Source of the DNA: Lingula anatina
Taxonomy: Eukaryota; Animalia; Brachiopoda
Assembly: GCA_051362555.1 (NCBI GenBank)
Contig: CM120644.1
Coordinates: 15,460,534-15,524,533, forward strand
Reading direction: 5' to 3'
DNA length: 64,000 nt
Below are positions 52,129-64,000 of this stretch, in pieces. The number at the start of each line of letters is the position of its first letter. Position 1 is the stretch's first letter. The translations under genes and the position numbers were made by a program. The notes beneath the pieces were generated by a model that was not told the origin of the DNA, did no database searches, and saw only the letters and a program-made list of their open reading frames with translations.

Positions 52129-53799
52129 GTGATAAAGACAGAATAATAACAGGAGCATAAGCCTAAATACAATTTTTACTTTATAAAAAAGTATAATGTT
52201 AAACTGCTTTATCTGACAAAGTTCCCAAATTCAGATAGGCCTACATCTTTCTCATCTATCACACACCTTTCTCAAGACTCCTGTTTATTTTTTATTTTTA
52301 ATCTTTTATTTTGAAAGGACAGTGCATTACAGGGGCGGATCCAGATATATTTTCTGACAGTCTTCCAAATTATCTTTGTTGATCCATTCTCCATTTTTGA
52401 CCGTCTTCCGACAGAAAACATTAGATGCCCGACAATGTAAACTTGAAAATCTGACCGTCTTCCGGAAGACCCAGAAGACGCCCTAAATCCGCCCCTGCAT
52501 TAATATATGTAAAGATTGAAATAAATTCAACATGCTGACACTGAAAATATCTGAAGGCATACAATTATTAGATCATTAGATCTTTGTACAAAAGATCCTG
52601 GGAACTTCAACAATTTCCCCTTATAAAGACATTTTATCAATGAATTTAAAAATGGTACATCTGACAGAGTAACTGATTAAAGGAAAGAAGTTGAAAGTCC
52701 TAGAAAAGTTAGTATTTTGCTTTATAAAGATTTTATGCTCAGTGTACGCTTTTTACAAACCTAGCTCCAATAACTGCTAATAGGGAACCTGGTTTGACAC
52801 ATCCATTCACTGAAACATGAAAAAAAAGTAATCTTTAATAATAAAAAAACAATAATATTTCTATCATTATTTTTTTATATTATCAAACTTTGTCAAAATC
52901 TCAATGACACAATGCCACAGTTGCCAGCCTTCAAAACTACAAAAATACAACAATAAAAATTCAAATGATGCTCATAATGATAGAAATTTTATGGGAAAAA
53001 AGTTAAACTTACTGTATTACTACTATGTGAATGGAGACAGCCTTGTAAGCTTGAAAAATTATCTTTCTTGTATAAAATATATACTGGATATCCTTACCAT
53101 CCCTCAATATGTGTTTAGCCGTGGCCCCGGGGGGTGGACCCCGACAACAGGGTCTACTCTTTGGAGGAATGTAAACATTAACATTGTGCCATGTCAGTGT
53201 TATTTCTTCTGAATTCCCCGTCATACTCAGGGTACGTTTGATGGCACTGCTGTAGTTACCTGATGGTGGGATTGATCTCAATTATTCCATTACAAACTTT
53301 CATTTCATTTTTTTAATTAAAATCTCCTAGATTGAGAATGTAATTGTCAATATTTTAGTATGCATAACAGCCAAATGATCCCATGCCATCTTAAGGTTTC
53401 CCTTTTTACGTTTTTACTATTTTTTTTTTTACTTCATTTTACCAGGGAAAAATATTCTCTTTGGTTTTAATTTCCAAAAAATCATTAGCACCTGATCAAA
53501 ATATCTAAATTTTCATACTTACGACTGAATTCTTACTTTTTCCATTAGAAAACAATAACAAATGAAAAATCTACCCAAAAATCAACTCAGATTATTTTTA
53601 AAATCACCCAGATTATTTTTAAATCGGAAGTAATGGGATTATACAAAACATCAGAACAGCCCTCACCTACAGAAGAGTTCCGTGATGACGGTCGCTCTGT
53701 CGGCATGCTGCCGTAACCATTGAAGGTGATGGTGTGTGTGTCGCCATTTTGATGATGATGCAGCAAGGATTGCTTGGGGTCTGTATCTTCCTCCATCAT
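45351..53799 (-). CDS. w: White-like ABCG half-transporter (N-terminal NBD, C-terminal TMD); 19 coding exons, 676 aa
   Basis: Exons 53799-53667, 53259-53098, 52809-52761, 52069-51883, 51627-51556, 51297-51199, 51027-50861, 50681-50610, 50081-49979, 49457-49365, 49002-48974, 48643-48538, 48191-48042, 47701-47609, 47222-47087, 46767-46662, 46436-46336, 45802-45732 and 45452-45351; 2031 nt open. Walker A GASGAGKST, Q-loop YVQQEDLF, signature [14 protein letters not shown], Walker [15 protein letters not shown]-loop CTIHQPSS, and [11 protein letters not shown]. White versus scarlet-like identity needs a phylogeny. Confidence 0.93.
48195..48325. repeat. (TAATA)n pentanucleotide microsatellite abutting a white splice acceptor
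   Basis: About 26 perfect units, ending 1-2 nt from the acceptor AG at 48193-48192. Confidence 0.95.
52330..52497. mobile_element. 5-bp-TSD MITE (TSD CATTA) in a white intron
   Basis: catta|caggggcggatccag...ctaaatccgcccctg|catta. A diverged copy lies at 44972-45145. Confidence 0.8.
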
Positions 53800-54154
53800 T
53801 GTTGCAGATTATATGTTTTGGCTACTTTACTATTTATACAAATGAAAAGAAATAATTAGATCAATTGTGTTAGTAGTACCTGGTATAGCCTACTGGTTGG
53901 CGAGTCATTTCTACAACAAGAGTCCAATTAAGAAGAAACACAGAGTTGGAGTGCTTTGCAGAAAATTGGTCAATGTTTAAAGTGTTTTTATTTTCAAAAA
54001 CTGTAAGGAAAGATGTGTAAGCTAAATGCACTTGCTCTGTTAAAAAATCGTGACCTAACACATTGCCTATAAAGAGCACTGCAATAAGGCCACTGAAAAA
54101 AAATTAATGAAATTATAATACTTTTCTTCCATATCCTATACCCAGGTTTTATAT

Positions 54155-54640
54155 CAGTGGCGGATTTAGGGGGGGGGGGGGAGTCAGAGGGTCCTCCCCC
54201 CCCCCCCCTTCGATTTCTAAAAAAAAATCACACCAATGGTTCCCTCTTAAAATTGGACTTTTGACTAGCTGAATCATATTTCTTAACCAGGGGCGGATCC
54301 AGGATTATTTGAAGGGGGGTCTGCGGATGCGAAGCCGCCCCCCCCCCCTCTACTTGACTTGGGGTTTCGGCCCCCGCTGAAGGGCCCAGAAAATTTTTGG
54401 TATCTTAGAGGGTGAACGGTGCCATTTGGTACGACCAGAAATCGAAGGGAGGGGTCAGGACCCCTTAACCCCACCCCCTCTAAATCCGCCACTGTAAACT
54501 TAACCAAATGGCAGCGCTTGTCCTCTAAAATACCGAAAATTTTCGGGCCCGCTAAAGGGCCCCGGGCCTCACGCCAAGGAGTAGGGAGAGTCGGTTTCGC
54601 ATCCGCGGACCCCCCCCCCCCCCCCCTGGAGCCGCTGCTG
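54155..54640. mobile_element. 5-bp-TSD MITE (TSD TATAT) containing a nested, inverted related MITE at 54288-54494
   Basis: tatat|cagtggcggatttag...ggagccgctgctg|tatat. The inner element caggggcggatccag...taaatccgccactg is flanked by ttaac/taaac. Confidence 0.8.
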
Positions 54641-55077
54641 TATATTTCTATAATATTCTGGAATAAGGAACAGGAATGAAAAACCACTTGTTTTACCACA
54701 CTTCACTCTTTATGTTGCAGGGGAGAAAAAATAACAGGGAAGACATCCCAAACGGAACAATATACTAGTTCTTAACTGTCCAAGGAATATTTTGAAAATT
54801 AAAAAAATAAGAACTAAAAACTTACCTTTTTAAGTAATATTACTCTTTTGGAAAACTCACTTAAGACACTAAAACTTATCATGGAAACAGCAAAGACTGT
54901 TATATGTAAACTACTGGAGCTAAAATTTTACACTGGTAACAAGCAGGAACAAAGGTTCATAATTTTATAACCTTCCTATCAGATTTAAGATAACACTCAA
55001 AGATACAGGCATGACTTCCCTATATTTGACGTGTACTGAACTGCAGGGTCAGGTGCATAGGCAGCAGATTTTATGTG

Positions 55078-55109
<32 letters not shown>

Positions 55110-55705
55110 AGGGTGTGTTGGGGGGGGGGGCAGGAGATGAAGTGTACGGTAACCATTAGAAAAAATAGTAACAGGGGGCAGGAATTATTTTTCTGTGCTT
55201 ACAACTAACGAGGTTGAAAAAAGTTGGCACGGGTGCCCGTAGCTACCACCGTCAAGAGCCACATACCTAGCATCGACCTAGTCCTATGTACTTCCACCTT
55301 TATCATTTAATGATACTATCTGGATGATCAGTAAATTAAGGCTAGTGTTCCCTTTTCTTTCGGGGACATCTCGATAATCCGAATTAAGGTTCACTAGCCC
55401 AAGGTTCATTTGTCCTAAAAATCATAATCGCGCTCCTCTGATGAATTTATAATTATTTGCCAGTACACTATACACTTATTTGATGCATTTATTAGGACTA
55501 TATCGAACCTCTTTCTATGACCTTTTCATTTACACATTCCTATCCCCTGTACAATAGACCATGTATCTTTTAAGTGATATACACGTCATACAAGATATAT
55601 ATATTCCTCTACCAGGACAACAGGCCGATTTTTTATTATATTCACAGATATGGCTCTGACTTATTTGCACTTTTCTCTTCTGCACAGAACTGACAATTTT
55701 ACTAT

Positions 55706-55898
55706 GGGCGCATTCAGATTCTCACATCGCACGAGCTGGGTCGGTCCAGCTCTGCTGAGATTCTCACTAAAGTGGAATCAGTGAAATCGGCAATATCAAC
55801 ACACAATAGTTAATTACCCCCTAGCTCGAGGAGGTGTTATACAGTTAAGCTGTTTCAATAGCTGGAGCTACCCAACTAGTGCAAATCTGAATGCAATC
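55706..55898. mobile_element. H2-like MITE upstream of the white-like gene
   Basis: Termini gggcgcattcagatt...aatctgaatgcaatc. Confidence 0.5.
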
Positions 55899-56362
55899 TT
55901 AAAAAGACTCAGTGGAACACATGAATCTGTCCCCCCCCCCCCCCCCCCCCCCCCCCCCACCACCGCCTTTTCAATGGAAAATTTTCCCATGTCCTACTTA
56001 CTGACCTGTGCATCAATGTCATCAAGTTCAGGATCCCTAGCTCTCACCCGTTGATGGACTTTGAGTGCGACTATAATGCCCGCATATGAAGACACATATA
56101 CTACTTATACACCGTGATAGCGAGTTGAACTCGTCACCAAGTGGTTTTATGTGTTAAACATTAACCTAAATACAGGCAGTGGTTTAAACACAGACGGCAA
56201 ACAATTTGGGGCAATGTGCATTGTTATGCTAAGGCAATATTGACATGACCTGCAATGCAAAAGACTTGTCTGTATAATGTTTGGGAAAAAAAAAACTTTC
56301 TAGAAAAATGTATCGTTATATTTGCACTCTGCACAGGTTATTTTAAGAAGGGCCGGTACCAT

Positions 56363-56397
<35 letters not shown>

Positions 56398-57515
56398 TTT
56401 TTGTATTATCAGATGTAGATGTAAAATGTATCATACCAAACTGTAGGCAAATCAGACCCTCTGTTTAAAGTTTGTTTCAAAAAAAAAAAAAAACTGTTTT
56501 ATTATTAATTAACTGGTGACGTAGATCTTCGTCTTAAAGAGAACATAGAACTTGCCTTCAACTATCGGTGAAAATTGTTCATATGATACATAAGTTACTG
56601 ATACAAACGTGAACAAAAATATGAAGATGTTATTTTCTTATTTCATTGATTGTTCTCTGTTTCTATGACTTTGTGAGTGCGTGTGACTTTGTATATGATA
56701 GCACGCATGCTTTTACGGCGCTCTTTCTTCTTTCTTACGTTAATTTGAGACATACGTTACCGATATATACGTTACTACGAAGCCTGTAAATATTTATTTA
56801 TTCTATTTTCATTGGTTGTCTTTCGGTTTGTGGGCCAACACTTATGCCTTAATGTGACATTAAAATGAAAAAAAAAACGAGACAAAAATATTTCTAACCT
56901 TCAACTATCTGTGAAAATTATTCATCTGATTCATACGTTACCGATATGTTCGTAACCAAATAATATGAAGGTGTTGTTTTTTTATTTCATTGTTTACTCT
57001 CTCTTGTCGCGACTCTGTCGTTGCGTGCGACGTTGTATATGTGCGCACGCTTGTTATTACGTCGCTCATTCTTCTTTGTTACGTTAAAATGATACATACG
57101 TTACCAATACATACTTTTCCATGAAACGTGTAAATAATTATTCTATTTTCATTGGTTTTCTTTCGCTTTGTGAACCAACACTTATGTCTTTTATTTGTGT
57201 TTCATTAAAATAATGTTGACGCACAAAAGGAAAGACAACCAATGAAAATAGAATAAAAAACATTTACACGCTTTATGGTAACGTATGTATCATTTTCACG
57301 TAACAAAGAAGAATGAGCGACGTAATAACCTGCGTGCGCACATATACAACGTCGCACACAACCACAGAGTCGCGACAACAGAGAACAAACAATGAAATCA
57401 GAAAACAATACCTTCACATTATTCTCTAACGTATGTATTATATAAACAATTTGAACAAACGGTTTCAAGTCAAGTAATCTTTACTTGCCCTGCATTTCCT
57501 TCTTATTTTAATGTA

Positions 57516-59176
57516 CAGACTTGACATTTAATATGGAATATTTTAGTTTCGAAGGTGTGTGTAGGTAGAAATGCGTTCTTTTTTCAAAAAACTAAGATCT
57601 CATATAAGATATGTGAATGGAGAAGTGTGTAGTCAGGTGTGTCGCTTCCAATTAACTGAATACCAGGTTTGTTACGCTGCTGCATTATGTAATATGAAGT
57701 AATTTTATTGGGTAGTGCTCCTTTGGGCAGGTCAAAGCTTGGCTTTGGCAAAGCACGGTTCTGTCAGAAAAGTATCCATATGTCGGCAACTGCTGCATAG
57801 AAGAATTTGAAATTTTGCATGCAAGTGGTCGGTTTTGCAGTGTGTAAAATGAGCTATGCAGTGCTTTGCAAGTTTGTTAATCTGTGGCAAAATGGCGCGA
57901 AAAAGACAGACATTGCCAGACAGTTAATTGCGCCAAACGAAACGGTCCGCACAGTTTTATAGAGTAATGCCCAGACTGATGTACCTACATAGAGGCCACA
58001 CCCAATGTATTAAAATCTTACCACCAGAGTATAGGACCCACTGTCTTTCAGGATATGCTGTTGCAACTAAACAAAAACCACCCAGTCCGTTCAGAATGAG
58101 GGGTAAATTGCCACCAAAACGCATTTTTCAAGGCCCTTAGCGAACACCAAACTGGTTTTAGCAGGTTAGAATACCAGACGACCTCCGAGGAACCCACTGT
58201 AAACAGCAAAACATCGTTGTATGTTTCTCTAATGAATTAGGGACCATGATCGTTTCTGGGTTGAACACTGAAACCTCGTGGCTTTCTTTATTGAGGTCAG
58301 ATTTCCCCTGTACCGCTCAACTAGTCAAAACAGAGTTTACAGACATCAAGAAAAGGCCAACGACGAAGTGTGTGCCGCCTCTAAAGTGACTTAGGTCAAT
58401 AACAGCGGCAGTATTTGAAGTGGACACCACATTGGTGCCAAAACACCAATGGCAGTCATCGACGAAAACCTGAACCAGATTAAATAAAGGAATAATCTGG
58501 GAACCACTTGACTATCATTTGATAGGGGGCACCTTAAGAACAATTTTAGGTTGTACGGTGGGATTGCCGGTTCACACAGAGCACTTTTAATAACAGATTA
58601 CTTAGAGAACCAAGGGAATGAACAGCTACCCTGGTCATCAAAACCGCCATATTTGAACCACGTAGACAATATGTGGGTAGGCCATTACTCGCCAAATGAA
58701 TGGCCTACATGTCCTACAACAAAACTGGGCCAAATAGGACAGATTTCGACCGATGCCTGGAATGTTATTCCAGATTGAACTCTAAAAACATATCCCAAGG
58801 AATGCCTTGCCGCTTGAGAGCGCTGGTAGCAGCCAGAAGAGGTCAGGCGTAACAGCGACTGTTACTGTGACTAGACACTGGCATGAGGGTCCTTTGTGGA
58901 GCGTGTAACTCTTTTGCAGACAATAATTTGGAAAATATGGAGATCCAAAATATCTCATTTAATGGTTGTCGTATGAAGTAGAAAAGGCAATGTGTTTTTG
59001 TTTGCTTCTCTGGCGAATTCCATTAATGAACTGATGTCACAATGACATCAAAGAGATAATTAAAAGTTATTAGAACACGATTTTAATCCTTATTTTCATT
59101 TATCAGTCATTAAAATAGGAAAAAAACTGATGAAAAATGATTTGGAAAAAATATTCCATATTAAATGTCAAGTCTG
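57516..59176 (+). mobile_element. Full-length (1661 bp) Tc1-like transposon with decayed transposase
   Basis: Perfect 29-bp TIRs cagacttgacatttaatatggaatatttt. The TA TSD is confirmed by empty paralogous sites ttttaatg-ta-gtatgcc near 60931 and 62871. Remnant translation HRALLITDYLENQGNEQLPWSSKPPYLNHVDNMW and MPCRLRALVAARRG. Confidence 0.9.
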
Positions 59177-59643
59177 TAGTATGCCGTAAGAATAAGGCGT
59201 TTGCTCATAAAACGGACAACAAACAATAAAAAGAAAAGTATTTACACGCTCCATGGTAACTATTTTTATTGGTTGTCTTTCGTTTAGTGCACCATCACTT
59301 ATGTCTTAATGTTACATTACAATAAAAGAAATCGATAAAATTTAGATTTCTTGCCTTCAACTAACTGTGAAAATTGTTCATATCATAGATAAGTTACTGA
59401 TACATACGTGAACAAAAATATGAAGATGTTATTTTCTTATTTCATTGATTGTTCTCTGTTTCCATGACTTTGTGAGTGCGTGTGACTTTGTATATGTGAG
59501 CACGCATGCTTTTACGGCGCTCTTTCTTCTTTCTTACGTTAATTTGTGACATACGTTACCGATATATACGTTACTACGAAGCCTGTAAATATTTATTTAT
59601 TCTATTTTCATTGGTTGTCTTTCGGTTTGTGGGCCAACACTTA

Positions 59644-60252
59644 GACTTGCCCTTCAAGAAATCGACGGAAAATAGCTCTTTTTCAAATTTGAATGGGCAC
59701 TGTAGAAAACATATAACAGCTAAACCTCTCAAATTAAGCACATATGTGTGATATCATGTGAAGAATAAGTTCTGTAAATTTCAATCCAAGCAGTTGAGTA
59801 CATTTTGAGACAGAACGCTTTAAATGTGCAGCAAACCGTAACGCTAATCCCTTCAAGATCTCGACGAAAACCGGAAGTGCGTCATGACGTCACTCGCTTG
59901 TACTTGGAAAGCTGCTGGGTGATTTTCCGATGAGAAATATTTCGTGGCTTATACAAATGGTCGGAAAATGACCATGCAGATTAAAGAAAATTCACTTATC
60001 AAAACTGAAACTGCGTAATTACATAGAAAAACATTGTGCATTCCTGACCTCGACTTGTCAGTGTAAACAAAGTGTACTGAACGCATCGCAAGCAAGCACG
60101 TGAATGCCGCGTTTGATACTTTGTATCAGACGCTTCATTTTACTTGACAACACATTGTTTATGATGGGCATGACAGGAAATACAGTGCAAAAAACACGCA
60201 CTTCCGGTTTTCGTCGATTTCTTGAAGGCGTCGATTTCTTGAAGGGCGAGTC
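59644..60252. mobile_element. Non-autonomous DNA element (609 bp) with TIRs gact(t/c)gcccttcaagaaatcgacg and TA TSD
   Basis: Inserted into caacact-ta-tgccttaatg. The empty site is seen in other array copies near 56840, 61395 and 62212. Confidence 0.8.
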
Positions 60253-63200
60253 TATGCCTTAATGTGACATTAAAATGAAAAAAAAAAAAAAAAACGAGAC
60301 AAAAAATATTTCTAACCTTCAACTGTCTGTGAAAATTATTCATCTGATTCATACGTTACCGATATGTTCGTAACCAAATAATATGAAGGTGTTGTTTTTA
60401 TATTTCGTTGTTTGTTCTCTCTTGTCGCGACTCTGTGGTTGCGTGCAACGTTGTATATGTGCGCACGCTTGTTATTACGTCGCTCATTCTTCTTTGTTAC
60501 GTTAAAATGATACATACGTTACCAATACATACTTTTCCATGAAACGTGTAAATAATTATTCTATTTTCATTGGTTTTCTTTCGCTTTGTGGGCCAACACT
60601 TATGTCTTTTATTTGTGTTTCATTAAAATAATGTTGACGCACAAAAGGAAAGACAACAAATGAAAATAGAATAAAAAACATTTACACGCTTTATGGTAAC
60701 GTATGTATCATTTTCACGTAACAAAGAAGAATGAGCGACGTAATAACCTGCGTGCGCACATATACAACGTCGCACACAACCACAGACTCGCGACAACAGA
60801 GAACAAACAATGAAATCAGAAAACAATACCTTCACATTATTCTCTAACGTATGTATTATATAAACAATTTGAACAAACGGTTTCAAGTCAAGTAATCTTT
60901 ACTTGCCCTGCATTTCCTTCTTATTTTAATGTAGTATGCCGTAAGAATAAGGCGTTTGCTCATAAAACGGACAACAAACAATAAAAATAAAAGTATTTAC
61001 ACGCTCCATGGTAACTATTTTTATTGGTTGTCTTTCGTTTAGTGCACCATCACTTATGTCTTAATGTTACATTACAATAAAAGAAATCGATAAAATTTAG
61101 ATTTCTTGCCTTCAACTAACTGTGAAAATTGTTCATATGATAGATAAGTTACTGATACATACGTGAACAAAAATATGAAGATGTTATTTTCTTATTTCAT
61201 TGATTGTTCTCTGTTTCCATGACTTTGTGAGTGCGTGTGACTTTGTATATGTGAGCACGCATGCTTTTACGGCGCTCTTTCTTCTTTCTTACGTTAATTT
61301 GAGACATACGTTTCCGATATATACGTTAACACGAAGCGTGTAAATATTTATTTATTCTATTTTCATTGGTTGTCTTTCGTTTTGTGGGCCAACACTTATG
61401 CCTTAATGTGACATTAAAATGAAAGAAAACGAGACAAAATATATTTCTTACCTGCAACTGTCTGTGAAAATTATTCATCTGATTCATACGTTACCGATAT
61501 GTTCGTAACCAAATAATATGAAGGTGTTGTTTTTTGATTTCATTGTTTGTTCTCTCTTGTCGCGACTCTGTGGTTGCGTGCGACGTTGTATATGTGCGCA
61601 CGCTTGTTATTACGTCGCTCATTCTTCTTTGTTACGTTAAAATGATACATACGTTACCAATACATACTTTTCCATGAAACGTGTAACTAATTATTCTATT
61701 TTCATTGGTTTTCTTTCGATTTGTGGGCCAACACTTATGTCTTTTATTTGTGTTTCATTAAAATTATGTTGACGCACAAAAGGAAAGACAACCAATGAAA
61801 ATAGAATAAAAAACATTTACACGCTTTATGGTAACGTATGTATCATTTTCACGTAACAAAGAAGAATGAGCGACGTAATAACCTGCGTGCGCACATATAC
61901 AACGTCGCACGTAACCACAGAGTCGCGACAACAGAGAACAAACAATGAAATCAGAAAACAACACCTCCATTGTTACGTGAAAATGATACATACGTTACCA
62001 TAAAGCGTGTAAATGTTTTTATTCTGTTTTCATTGGTTGTCTTTCATTTTGCGTGTCAACATTATTTTAATGAAACACAAATTAATTTTCTTCTTTATTA
62101 CGTTAATATGAGACATACGTTACCGATATATACGTTACTACGTTACTACAAAGCGCGTAAATATTTATTTATTCTATTTTCATTGGTTGTCTTTCGTTTT
62201 GTGGGCCAACACTTATGCCTTAATGTGACATTAAAATGAAAAAAAACCAGACAAAAAATATTTCTTACCTTGAACTATCTGTTAAAATTTTTCATTTGAT
62301 TCATACGTTACCGATATGTTCGTAACCAAATAATATGAAGGTGTTGTTTTTTGATTTCATTGTTTGTTCTCTCTTGTCGCGACTCTGTGGTTGCGTGCGA
62401 CGTTGTATGTGTGCGCACGCTTGTTATTACCTCACTCATTCTTCTTTGTTACGTTAAAATGATACATACGTTACCAATACATACTTTTCCATGCAACGTG
62501 TAAATAATTATTCTATTTTCATTGGATTTCTTTCGCTTTGTGGGCCAACACTAATGTCATTTATTTGTGTTTCATTAAAATAATGTTGAAGCACAAAATG
62601 AAAGACAACCACTGGAAACATTTACACGCTTTATGGTAACGTATGTATCATTTTCACGTAACAAAGAAGAATGAGCGACGTAATAACCTGCGTGCGCACA
62701 TATACAACGTCGCACGCAACCACAGAGTCGCGACAGCAGAAAACAAACAATGAAATCAGAAAACAATACCTTCACATTATTCTCTAACGTATGTATTATA
62801 TGAACAATTTGAACAAACGGTTTCAAGTCAAGTAATCTTTGCTTGCCCTGCTTTTCCTTCTTATTTTAATGTAGTATGCCGTAAGAATAAGGCGTTTGCT
62901 CATAAAACGGACAAGAAACAAAAAAAATAAAAGTATTTACACGCTCCATGGTAACTTTTTTTATTGGTTGTCTTTCGTTTAGTGCGCCTTCACTTATGCC
63001 TTAATCAGTCATATGGCAACTGGCTGCGCGTAGGAAAATATTCAGAACGGAGCGCGAGCGCTGAGATGACGTCGCGGTCGAAATTTTGTTAAATGCGTAA
63101 CCATCGCAGAAATTCATGAATTTTCCTTAATTGCCCTCATACGTGCTTGTGAAAAATTAAGACATGGTAGAAGAGTTCACTACGCGTCTCGACGTGTGCG

Positions 63201-64000
63201 ATTCACTTGCAAGGAAGCAGAAATGAACGAGTTAGAACTCAACGAAATCGGCCAACGGGTCAATTTTGGGCCGTAGCAACACTGTAACAATTTGAGATTT
63301 CTCCTTTATTAGAAATAACGCATCTTAGTAAAGTCCGTAAAAGGTGGCTTTTTTAATAAGAAATATAATTGTCAAGTTTCATCAAAGTTTATTGTAGCAA
63401 CTTTTTATGCGAGCTGTTGAAGTGCATTTTTTGACCCTATTCCGCTAGGTGTCAGCCATATTCTGACGTCATATTCTCCAATACAGAAGCAAGTGAAGGT
63501 CTGAAGATTTAATTAAATTTCGAAAAGTAAAATATTTTTCACTTATTTGCACAATAAAATGGCCTTTTTTAGTATAATAAATAATATCTGAGGTGTTAAA
63601 CTAATTTTACCTTCATAGATGTCTTATTTCAAAAGACGGACGTTTATCGGTTTCGCACCTGCACAAAACAAGCCGAGTGATGCGAATCCTCCTCGAAATT
63701 TGCTGCCATAAGTTTAATCTGCACAATCCTGAGTTACGAGTAGACTGAACACAACATATTCATTCTGTTTACCATTGCGGACTGCGGCTCTGCTTACACT
63801 GTATGTTTTTTATTCATATTAAAAATAATGAAAAATAACCGACTTCTTATCATCTCGCAACGGTGAATTGAGAACGGCTTCGATAGTTTTTCCCGTGGTG
63901 TGGAGGAGTTGTATTAGTAGGATATAAGAACAAGAAAAATTTGGCGTTTAAGGAAAAAGAAGAACTATATTTCTCATGGAAATCCTAAATTTTCCAGCTT

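Larger units (their letters stand above)
56550..63003. repeat. Complex higher-order tandem array (~1.14-kb unit of three related ~270-345-bp monomers, the third inverted; about 4 units)
   Basis: Units start near 56553, 59353 and 61108, with a rearranged fourth near 62090-63003. Near-identical MKPFVQIV... pseudo-ORFs at 57205, 60623, 61764 and 62575 mark the inverted monomer. Confidence 0.9.

Noticed and set aside
54283-54699. Gly/Pro-rich 138-aa ORF upstream of white
   Set aside because: It lies almost entirely within nested GC-rich MITEs.
57205-62826. Four similar 75-87-aa ORFs (MKPFVQIV...) as a small gene family
   Set aside because: They are translations of the inverted monomer of the tandem array, have non-ATG starts in most copies, and show no recognisable domain or splice structure.

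Overview
This is AT-rich, intron-dense animal genomic DNA. A marine invertebrate, plausibly a mollusc, is inferred from gene and repeat content only. By following GT-AG boundaries and reading frames by hand I reconstructed five spliced genes. (1) A 190-aa single-Ig-domain surface protein with an S/T/P stalk and a GPI-like tail (+, 18250-21473). (2) A complete 248-aa single-MRH-domain receptor, CD-M6P-receptor/ATG27-like, ending in a YxxPhi motif (-, 26896-30770). (3) A partial tandem duplicate of it (-, 32929-35328) with intact lectin exons, an expanded Gly-rich stalk, and no complete TM helix or cytoplasmic tail; it breaks next to an L2/CR1 LINE fragment. (4) A ~1006-aa mostly disordered protein with a D-box, a GTSE1-like DEEEVFFG motif, CDK sites, a coiled coil and an RVQW PP1-docking motif (-, 37783-43240). 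(5) A 19-exon white-type ABCG half-transporter (-, 45351-53799). The remainder holds Tc1 remnants and derived MITEs, Harbinger-like and 5-bp-TSD MITEs, RTE and L2 LINE 3' ends, microsatellites, an 80-bp minisatellite, and a ~6.5-kb hierarchical, partly palindromic tandem array at 56.5-63 kb. I found no CRISPR, rRNA or tRNA. All gene models are manual and unverified by transcripts or database searches.
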